The position numbers and the translations under genes were made by a program. This document shows positions 10,736-20,000 of a stretch of 20,000 nt of DNA, piece after piece. This DNA comes from Mitosporidium daphniae (Eukaryota), in the NCBI RefSeq assembly GCF_000760515.2, contig NW_013546711.1, positions 53,424-73,423 of the forward strand, given 5' to 3'. Within the stretch, counting starts at the first letter, position 1. Every line of letters starts with the position of its first letter. The notes beneath the pieces are model-generated. The model was not told the DNA's origin and searched no databases. It saw only the letters and a list, made by a program, of their open reading frames with translations.

Positions 10736-10776
10736 AGTTTTTATTTATTATTTGTTTGTCCAAAGTGACAACTGCA

Positions 10777-11504
10777 ATGTCCAAGGAATCCTCCGCGCCG
10801 CAGGAGGCAAAGCCGCTTTCTTCAGAATCGCTGAAAAGAGCCTATTTTTATGATTTGGGCTTTTTGGAAGTACGAAATATTCTTTATAAATAGTTCTATG
10901 GACTGTTCCCCACGAATATAATGGAATACTTTTCGCTATCGCCATTTTATGACCGATCTTGCAACAACGAAATCCTTCGGATGCAAGGGCTGCTTGTTGA
11001 CGAGGTCCCGGTTAAAAGTGGCGACGAGTATCCGATGTCGATGAAAATGCTATTGTATTGGAATCATTTTTTAGGCATAGGGATCTGGAGGGGATTCATT
11101 ATATCGCAACGGACTACTCCCAGGATACCGACCACCCAGAAAACGGAAACTTTAGCTTTCCAAAGTTTATTGTTAAGAAAATGTTAAGGCAGAACAAAGA
11201 GACCAGTACAGCCTGAGTGTTTTTGACCATAGGCCCGGTGACCATAGGGTCGTGGTATTCGCTTGGCGATGGAATCATCTATCAAAGCCCGGATTTGGGG
11301 GCCATTTTTAATTGTCGGCTTTCTGCCAGCACGTTTTATCTTTCCAATTCTTTGGAAAACATCCGAGAAATCTTACAGAATCAAGAGCGCAAACCCTCCT
11401 CGGAATCTCACATCCTACACAGGAAATCCGAGGCAATCAGTTTGATCAGAGACATCGAGCGTCGCCACCTCCTTCCAGATCCGAATAAATGTCCAAAAAA
11501 CTAA
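10777..11504 (+). CDS. MED6: Mediator of RNA polymerase II transcription subunit 6 (216 aa, 4 exons)
   Basis: Motifs EYFSLSPFYDRSCNNEILRMQ, LEGIHY, FIVKKMLRQ and WYSLGDGIIYQSPDL. Exons 10777-10869, 10894-11054, 11081-11205 and 11233-11504 (651 nt), with introns of 24, 26 and 27 nt. Confidence 0.9.
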
Positions 11505-11524
11505 GGTGCCAAGTTGGGTTGAAT

Positions 11525-12062
11525 TTACTCTTTATTCAGACGCTTGGTTTGGCCCTTGGAAAAAGCAAAAGAAACATGAAGAGTATAATCGAGGAAGATT
11601 GAGCCCTCTAAAGCAGAAATGGCCGCCCGTGCCTCTGCTAGCGTTGGATATTCGACAAGGGCATATCCCTTTATATAACCTGTACGATGGTCAAGAGGGA
11701 GCCGCACGTCCTTTACAGTTCCGTATTCGGAAAAAAGATCGACAAAATCATCCTCGGTTGCCTCCTCATGCACGCCAGTTACAAATAATACCCATCCTTC
11801 GATAGCTAATGGTATGACAAAGGGCCAAGTGCTTACATTTTTGAGCCGATCCTTGATTAAGAGATGTCTCGGCAGCTTTCTCGGACAAGTCAGAGGTGGA
11901 AGCATGGTGGGAAAAGGCAACCTCTTAATAGTTAAAAGGAGGAAGCCTACCAGAGTGGCGGCCCCGACCTATTTTACGAGTTGAACTCTTGGATGCAAAG
12001 GGAGCGTTGCTGGGATGCTGGTCAACTACAATTAAATCACACAACGGTAACATACTGTCCAT
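11525..12062 (-). CDS. RBM8A: Exon junction complex RRM protein Y14/RBM8A (~149 aa, 4 exons)
   Basis: After splicing it reads RKIGRGR...AQKSIEGWVLFVTGVHEEATEDD...FSEYG.VKDVRLPLDHRTGYIKGYALVEY, the Y14 signature. Exons 12062-12056, 12025-11951, 11923-11837 and 11805-11525, with introns of 30, 27 and 31 nt. The first intron is in-frame and stop-free, so it is less certain. Confidence 0.94.
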
Positions 12063-12125
12063 GTATCAGGGAACGAAAAAATATTTTTCAAAATTAAAGA
12101 TCCAAAATAATTAAAGCTGTCGAGA

Positions 12126-13070
12126 ATGCCGTCGAAAAGGAAAGGGTCTGATGCGCAGCGGGCTACCCCTACGGCCACAGCTTCGCTCAACATCAGATTT
12201 TGATGCCAATATTAAAAGCAAGTCCAAGAACCAGCCGGTCAAGCACTACTATATGCGCCTGTAGTATGATCTGGGCGAATCTGCTAGATGGATCATATAT
12301 GCCGTAAATGAAATTCTAGATGCACTTGAGCGGGAAGACTAGTATGTACATCTATTTAAAAGCACCCTTTATATGGACGCAATCTATTTCTTTCTTGGAT
12401 ATTTGAGATGGATGGACGAATGAATGGGTGTGTTTGCTCTTTAAGAACTTTCTGTATGTTGTAGTTTTTTTCCAACAGAAGGGATAGTTTAATGAGACAC
12501 CCAGTGGGATATCATCATAAGCTGCGGCTGGGCAGACACTTACAAATAGCACAATAAAGGCCATACAACTTAATGTGGCAATTAAGAGAAATATCGATCG
12601 AATAAGCAGCTTATATAAATCGGCGCTCAAAGGTTTTTATTTCTCATTACTTCCATAGCTCTTTTTTCCTTTTTTCTAACTTGTGTTGTAGACGATGGTA
12701 ATAACCGTCGTCATGTTTCTGGTTATCTTGAGAACATAAAAAATGCCCTAAATTCGTTGGGGCCATAGATGGGCTTACAAACGAGACTGTTGATCCCAAG
12801 GCCCCTTCTCAACACAAGCCGAGTTTATTTGAGAAATCATTGGCAAAATTATAAGATACTTGGATACGGATATACCTGATCAGGAAAGCAATCAAAAGTC
12901 GATGCAAAGAGAATAGAGGGCACTCACAAGAACCAAGCAGAAGCTGCCGAAAAACGGTCAAGGACCTGATGAAGAAATTTAATGGCGTCAGAGGGTATAA
13001 ATCTATCCAAAATGTTTACAAGTTGATCCGTCACAGTGCATTTGCACAAGATGGCATAGAGATATGAACG
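12126..13070 (+). pseudogene. Possible decayed plus-strand gene (unassigned)
   Basis: An ATG at 12126 divergent from Y14 (MPSKRKGSDAQRATP...), several intron-like segments (GTATGT...CAG at ~12454-12478; GTTTTT...CTAAC...TAG at 12633-12691) and coding-like fragments. I could not assemble a stop-free frame. Confidence 0.25.
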
Positions 13071-13366
13071 GTAGTCTTTTTAAAGATGTTTTCAAAGTAA
13101 AAGATTTGTAGTGCATGTCGATTTTCGGTCTCATCACCACCAATCTCAACTGGATCTAGCAATTGCCTACTTGGCCAGTATGGGCTATAGGGTTAGGGAA
13201 ACCATATAAGCTACCAGATTCGTAACTACGAAAGGCGGTATGACCACCCATCGCTGCGACGTAGCCAATTTGCCAATGTGGTTGGATTGGGCGCATGGAT
13301 GCTTTGACATGGCAAAACAGGGGTCAAATGCCAAAACCAATTTTTTCCAAAGTTTAATGCACAAGG

Positions 13367-16300
13367 ATGGATAAGCGGCCAATTTACGTGCCTTTTCCCC
13401 AGGGTGGAAATCTAAGCTCATCTTCCTCGTCTACATATAATCCAAATGGAATTCCAGATCAGTCTGAAAGAAAATCCAATAAAAGATCAGTTACCAAGTC
13501 CATCATTGGCGGGTTTGGGAAACTATTCAGCCGGAGGCCATCAGCTTCTTTACAGCCGTTTTACTCTTCGCCTACGCTGGCATACAACCAGTGTGATGCA
13601 ATTGTTACCAGCGGAAATGCAAATTCTGAAGTTACGAACGGATCTGAAAGTGAAGATCTTGACGACTATAAAGTTAAGGCCAATATTGACGCCATTCTCA
13701 AGCAGCATTCTGATTATATTGCCAACCAGTTCAAAGATTTTTTCTCCGCAAAAAAAGACAGCATCAATTCTGGGCTTCCTCTTTCAAACTCTTCATTTGT
13801 AAAGGAAAGGGCATTTTCCTATCCCTGGCTGCCGCCGGAATCTTGGGCCGTGGCCCATCTTGAAGATAAAAGTTCAAAAAAAAGCTACAGTTCAAGAGTA
13901 TTAGACCCAGACCATCTGGGTCTTATAAAGGGCCAATTAAAGTACGAATACCTAGGCTCCTATGACTTTTCTCCAAAGATCGTATCTTCTTCTGAAATTT
14001 CCTTGCCACTGTGCACGGAGACGCAAATAGAGCCTCAAAAAGCATCATATTCGCCAGGCGCAGATTCAATGCAAAGGTCGGCAGCTATGTTATCGAAGAA
14101 GATTAATTTACTCAACCTGTCTTCAGAATTCTCCCCGTCAGCCTTGGCAGAGCCTGCTGTATTTGCACCGGCCAATCCCGTCTGGTGGATCAGGGTGTGG
14201 AAATCTCTTCGTAGAGGCTCGCTTCCATGCCAATCTTCGTCATTCTCTTCGATCGGCTCTAAAGATCTGCTATCTTTCAGTACGATACCTTTTGGGTTTG
14301 TCACGGTTTCCTGCGCTTTGGAGGTTACCACCAAGGAGCTGCTTTCTATTGCGTCCTCTAAATTTTCCAATTCATTTCTACCTGTAACTTCCTCAATGTC
14401 ATCTTCGGCTTCTGGCGAATTGTACGTAGTCCATCGCGGAGTAGCCAGAATCCTCCATTCCAACGATAAGCCTATTATGCTGCAAAAAAAATGGTTTGAA
14501 CAGCTCGGATATTCTGACTTGGCAAAGTTACCAAACCTGGGCCTTCAAGATCACTCGTATGTATGCCAGTTCATCTATTTTGATTCTGGAGATGCATCCA
14601 ATTGTCTCTCTTTGATTTCCAACGAAAACCACTTGAACGATTCTAGCGTGTTCCCGACCGATTACCAACTAACACAAAGCCATGCCATATTACCGGCAAG
14701 AAATTTGCTTGTACTTCCAGTGAAGCTGTTTCAGTTGGTTTCTTCAATAGAAATCCTTGATATCTCGCGAAATCCAATGATCTCCATCCCGACCGATTTC
14801 ATTCAGTCCTGCAGCAGATTAAAAACAATTGTGCTGACATCTTGTGAGCTGGACATGGTACCCCGATCGATCCCATTTTGCTCGACGTTAACGACCCTAA
14901 TTCTTAGGGACAATTTATTGAATGAAGATTCCCTCGATTGCTTGTGCTTGTTGAAAAATTTGGAAACTCTGGACTTGACTGCCAATCACTTGTCATATCT
15001 CCCTCTTTCGTTGGTTACTTTGACAAAGCTGAAAAGCCTGAATCTGTCTTCAAATGGGATCACCACGTTGCCTTCGGTGTTGTTTCATCTGAAATCGCTG
15101 GAGTTTCTTGACTTGTCCTTTAATTTCATTACATCGCTACAAGAAGAAATCTGCCACTTGGAGAATCTGACGGTTCTCATTTTAGCGTACAACAGAATTA
15201 GAACATTAGAGCCTCAATTTTCCAACCTCGCCAAACTGGACCGCATTGATATTAGAGGCAATAATATTTCAGACATCAATATGCTTTTGTCCTCTGGCTC
15301 GCTCTCATCCATCAATGCACAGTACAATTCGATCTCAAAGTTCCAGCTGGTCTCCCAGGGATCTTGCATTTCCGTGCTGAACTTGGACAATAACTCTTTG
15401 AGTAGCATTGAGGTACCCTCCCCAATTTGCGGCAATTTCTTTTGCTTCCATACGCTCACTGAATTGATGATTTGCTCAAGCAAACTAGTGTCGCTACCAG
15501 AGGCCTTGTTTACATGTTGCCCCAATATTGTCAAGCTTAGGCTGGATAACAACCAGCTTAAAGAGCTGCCCTGTACATTTGGAAATATTTCTAGCACTTT
15601 GGTTTCTTTAAGCATTTCAAATAACAAGCTAACCTCGCTGCCCAACTCCATTTGCCTGTTTAAGAAATTAATTAGCTTGGATTTGCACGAAAATAATTTG
15701 TCCTCATTGCCGATGGCACTGCTCTCGTGTCGTCAGCTATTGATATTGAACATCAGTTCTAACCTTTTATCTTCTCTCCCTTCGCTTTCCTTCCACAGTG
15801 CCGATGCCATCGATCCTGATTGCTACCCCAGGCTGCAACTTTTGAATGTTAGGTATGGATTTGTGACATGTTAACAATGTAGCGACAACCAACTCAAGGA
15901 TGACTCGCTTGGGTTTATTCTGTCCTTCAGCAAGCTCAGGATACTTAACATTTCACACAATTTTTTTACTGAAATTAGCGTGCTATTCAACTACCTCTTC
16001 AAGCTAAGGGTATTTATTGCTTCTGGAAATGAGATAATGTCCATCAGCGAAGACATCGGAAGCTGCTATAACTTGGAATATTTATTTTTGAACGGAAATA
16101 GATTGCTTTCCATTCCGGCCGAAATTAGCAAGCTCAGTGGTCTCGTTGCTCTTGACATATCGGACAACCACTTGAGATACAACATCAACAACTGGCCCTA
16201 TGACTGGCATTGGCAATGGAACAGCGAGCTCATTTATCTCAACTTGTCTGGAAACACTCGGTTTGAACTCCACTCTTTTAGCCATGAAACTCTGGACAAT

Positions 16301-18901
16301 ACTTCCAATTCGAACTACTCGGTCTTTTTGGACAGTTTTAAGGGTCTGCACAATATCCAATTTTTGGATCTCTCAAATGTAAAAAGCCTTCCCGAAGTAT
16401 TGCCAGTTGAGTGTTGGTCAACCAGGGTCAAAACCCTATTGAACGGAGAAAGCTCCGAATGTGCGAGCATATCACACGGCGGCGAATGCACGCCTACCTC
16501 CAGCCATTCTTTTTCTTTCGACAAGTCCCCTAAAAAAGGCATTGCATCGAACTCAAATGCTCATATCAAGGAAAAGAAGTCTTCCGGAATGATGTTGAAT
16601 CTTTCCGAGCCTCTTTTCAGAATCACAAGTACGATTGAAGAAAATTCTGCAGTTTCTTTAATGGATAATTTTCCCGCTTCAACGAGATCCGCATGTTTGC
16701 CCTCATTTTATGGGGCGTCGTGTTCCCCGCCAATTTGTATGGCCCCCATTGAAGAACCCTCATCTTCATACAGTAACTGCTCAATTCACGATCTTGTCAA
16801 TTCTAAAATTTTCAGAGACATTACGGAAAGCCAATGTGGCGTCGAAAATCCATTGGCATTGCCTTTGCGCTCTAGGCAAGTAAACTCATTGTGGGACTTT
16901 GTCAATTTTTCCTTTTTAAAGGAAAAAAATGGATTCGAAAATATCCTTCTTGCGCTATTTGACGGCCATTTTAATGGCGAGGTTGCATATTTTCTTTACA
17001 AGTCGTTTTCGGATGCATATTATGGAGAGCTGAAGAACTCTCACTTGAAAAAGCTCGACTTGACACCGTTTTACAAGATCTCAAGGGAGGACGTTTCGAA
17101 GCGAAGAAACTCGATTGTTTTCACCGCTGAAGGCTCTAATCGTGAATCCGATCTCATTTATTCGTCCATGTCTTCTCAGGAGAACTCGTATGGCTGTTTT
17201 TCGTCATCGCCATTTTCCACTTCAAGCTATTCCTCGACGCTTTCAAAGGAAGAAGTGTACTTTGAACCGGAAGACATAAGTAGTGATGCCTTAAAAGCGA
17301 CATTTTTGAACCTGAATCGCAACTTGTCCGCATTGAAATTCCCAAATGGCTCCGGATGCTCCGCTTTGGTTGCTCACATTTCGTGTCAACGCTTATTTGT
17401 CGCAAATATTGGGGACTCTTTGGCCGTTTTGAGTCGTTCTGGATATGCTCTTGTCTTGTCCAAGATTCATACCGGATTCAATAGGTCTGAGCGTGCAAGA
17501 GTTCGCTCTTCTGGCGGCTTTGTTACCGTTGATCAAGGAAAGATCCACGGGATAGCACCGCTAACCCGTTCCTTTGGATATTTTGAACTCTGTCCATCCG
17601 TCATTGCAGACCCGAGCATTCACATTGTTCACATAACACCACACGACGATTTTCTAATCCTTGCAAACGCTGAGCTTTGGTCCTGGATTGACCCGCAAAC
17701 CGCTGTCGATATAGCCCTGTCAACTGGTGGTAATTTAAGGCTTGCTGCTAGCAAGCTGCGAGACATTGCCATTGCATATGGGTCTAAAGGCGTCATCAAT
17801 ATACAAATAATCTCATTGAGTGCGCATCATGTTGCTTCGCCATCTTCCTGCGTTTCTCCGGCTACATCATCCCCATTTTCGGGATCGGACAGTGGGCTTA
17901 GGAGCCGCTCATTTAACCATTCAAGTTCGGGAACCCTATCTCCAATCAGGAAGCCCCACTTTGCAGATCGCGATAAAGAACGGATCTCATGTGCAAAGGA
18001 ATCCTTGTTTTATGGAGCCTCTTCCTGCTCCGTGATGGATTCCTCATTGGCTCGGCTGAAGACTGAAATCGATCCACCGACTGGGAATCTTGCAATCGTG
18101 TTTACTGACATTCGATCGTCTACCCTTCTTTGGGAGCTAATTCCCTCTGCCATGGAAGCCGCTATTAAGGTGCATAATTCCATTCTTAGACGACTCCTAC
18201 GAACCATCGGAGGCTATGAGGTCAAGACGGATGGGGACGCATTTATGGTTACATTTCCGGACCCCCTATCTGCCCTAAAATGGTGCATTTATGGCCAAAT
18301 TCAGCTTCTACAGGCCGATTGGCCTCAAAAGTTGCTGGAGTGCCCAGAAGGCCGTCCAATTTATACGGATTCTGCAGAATCCATCCATCAGCTGCAAAGG
18401 GACACCGAAAGCTCCTCGACGACTCCTTTGGAAAATTATTCGGATAAAAAGCCCGTTTATAGGGGACTTGCCGTCAGGATGGGCATTCACTATGGCACAC
18501 CCATCTGCGAGCTAGATCCAATCACACAGCGAATGGACTACTTTGGCCTTATTGTGAACAGAGCTGCTAGAATCGCAGGAATAGCTCATGGCGGACAAAT
18601 ATGCATCTCCTCGGACGCATATGAAGAATGTATGAAAAGGCTTTCCCAGGACTCTTCTCTAGAAGCTTCGTTGCTATTTCCAAGCTTCTACTCTCTCGGA
18701 ACTGTCAGGCTGAGGGGCCTTGAATCTGCAGAGCTTATCTATTCCGTTTATCCAGAAACATTAAAACCCAGGAAGCATTTATTGAAAAGCAGCTCCGAGC
18801 CCAATGTGTCAACGGAGCAGCTCAAAAACATCCATGACATTGGTCGCCGGTTGGAGGCAATTGCATCTTTCATGTACAACGAGGCCGGATTACCCTTGTG
18901 A
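13367..18901 (+). CDS. CYR1: Fungal-type adenylate cyclase (Galpha-binding, Ras-association, LRR, PP2C-like and class III cyclase domains), ~1834 aa, 2 exons
   Basis: WLPPESWAV; Ras-association-like IRVW...KPIMLQKKWFEQLGY; a long LxxLxLxxN array; YNINNWPYDWHWQWNSELIYLNLSGN; PP2C-like LFDGH and ANIGDS; cyclase PPTGNLAIVFTDI, GYEVKTDGDAFMV, RMGIHYG and RMDYFGLIVNRAARI. The two track ORFs join via a 30-nt intron at 15853-15882 (GTATGG...TTAAC...TAG), giving LNVSDNQL. Confidence 0.96.
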
Positions 18902-19112
18902 GGAATTGTGCTCACAAATGGAACAGCCAATCAAACTATTTGCTTTGCTCCCCCATTTTAATTCGTTGGATAATTAAAAATCATTTTCATGTACTTTCTA
19001 ATGATCGATTGGATGATTTCGCTTTTCACGCCAATCACATTTTAAGGCCGATGACTAATAATCAACGAATGTTGCTTATAAAACCTGCTTTTTACGGTTA
19101 TATTTTTTACCG

Positions 19113-20000
19113 ATGAATTCACTTCTATATTATGCTATTGCGCTCCTATTTTTAGTATCTATCACCTTTGTTGACACTGATAATGTTCAGGAAGAACAAA
19201 AGGTCGTCGGCCTACAAACGGGCGGCCAACAAGAAGGAACGGCAGGCCAAGGTTCTAATGTTGATAAAGTAGGAGATGGCAACGTCCCTGATTTGACAGA
19301 AGAGAAGAAGGAGGAAACGGATGCTGACAAAGCTAAAAAAGCAGAAGAAGCTAAAAAAGCAAAAGATGACGAAGAATTTAAGGCTACAGCTGCCAAGCAT
19401 AATATTACTGACAAACAGTGCTGGGTATGTAAGAAATGTGACGAGAAGGAGGACAAAAATTGTGTCGATGGTCAGAAGTGTACGAATTGTGTCTATAATT
19501 ACACTTGCGTCAATGGTACCACCTGCTCTACGGAGTGTACCGGTGGTACAGGATGCAAAGACGGCAAATTCTGTCAGAAGTGCAGCGAAGGCTTTTTTGC
19601 CTGGATTGGATCTCTGCTAACGAGTCTCTGGGACTTTATAGTGCCCGCCTGGTTCATCAACAACCTCAAAGCCATTATGATTGGAATGGCTGTGATTATC
19701 GGTGTCACGATCATATTGTTTATCTTCACCGACTTACTTGACCCCGTTTCCAACTTCTTCGGAGGGCTCTATAACAAGGCGCTTGGAACTTCCACATCCA
19801 GAGGATTCTTTGGCATTTTTTCGTACCAACTGGTCTTTTCCATTATTTCTTTATGCACTTTGGTTATTTTCTCTGCCTCCTACTATAAAGCTAGCCTTGC
19901 TGCTTTACTTGATAGTCTTAATCCTTCCCAAAAGCCTGGTGATTCAGCAGCATCTAAGCCAGCCGAACAACCATCGCGCGCTAACAAATCACAAATTGTT
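19113..20000 (+). CDS. Hypothetical signal-peptide, cysteine-rich membrane protein (>296 aa, 3'-truncated by the window edge)
   Basis: Open from ATG 19113 to the window end and absent from the track because it has no stop. MNSLLYYAIALLFLVSITF signal peptide, a Q/G/E/K-rich linker, a 12-Cys segment (19419-19583), then hydrophobic segments AIMIGMAVIIGVTIILFIF and FFGIFSYQLVFSIISLCTLVIFSASYY. Confidence 0.85.
   Translation, partial: MNSLLYYAIALLFLVSITFVDTDNVQEEQKVVGLQTGGQQEGTAGQGSNVDKVGDGNVPDLTEEKKEETDADKAKKAEEAKKAKDDEEFKATAAKHNITDKQCWVCKKCDEKEDKNCVDGQKCTNCVYNYTCVNGTTCSTECTGGTGCKDGKFCQKCSEGFFAWIGSLLTSLWDFIVPAWFINNLKAIMIGMAVIIGVTIILFIFTDLLDPVSNFFGGLYNKALGTSTSRGFFGIFSYQLVFSIISLCTLVIFSASYYKASLAALLDSLNPSQKPGDSAASKPAEQPSRANKSQIV

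Noticed and set aside
12214..12780. RNase P/MRP-like pairing (AAGTCCA at ~12220 with TGGGCTT at ~12770) and a U2-like TGTAGTA at ~12260
   Set aside because: The matches are very short, the P4-like halves are ~550 nt apart without a proper CR-I consensus, and the U2 5' end is absent. An Infernal hit would be needed.
15853..15980. CYR1 as two separate genes (835 aa and 973 aa)
   Set aside because: A 30-nt GT-AG intron removes the stop and restores a continuous LRR unit.
19187..19741. Track ORFs 19187-19456, 19212-19400, 19321-19620 and 19505-19741
   Set aside because: They are alternative-frame or antisense shadows of the open 19113->20000 gene.

Overview
This is a very compact, intron-containing eukaryotic genome segment of fungal type, and nothing in it looks prokaryotic. 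Hand-splicing gives 10 protein-coding genes. On the minus strand are a GPI inositol-deacylase BST1/PGAP1 (runs off the left edge and carries a frameshift at ~2641-2652), mitochondrial MnSOD, ISD11/LYRM4, a 12-exon gamma-glutamyltranspeptidase, UDP-GlcNAc pyrophosphorylase and the EJC subunit Y14. On the plus strand are a 702-aa orphan with a mitochondrial-type N-terminus, Mediator MED6, a fungal CYR1-type adenylate cyclase, and a signal-peptide, Cys-rich membrane protein that runs off the right edge and is missing from the ORF track. All 21 introns I inferred are 24-38 nt, including one GC-AG intron. Several intergenic spacers are only 20-110 bp, and AATAAA often overlaps stop codons. A 7 x 23-bp minisatellite lies at 6615-6778, and 12063-13366 is an unexplained 1.3-kb gap that may be a decayed gene. 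The architecture suggests an early-diverging microsporidian/Rozellomycota (Mitosporidium-like) organism, which is inference only. I found no clearly new multi-gene system. The best leads are the BST1 frameshift, the Cys-rich surface protein, the tiny-intron splicing features, the minisatellite and the orphan.
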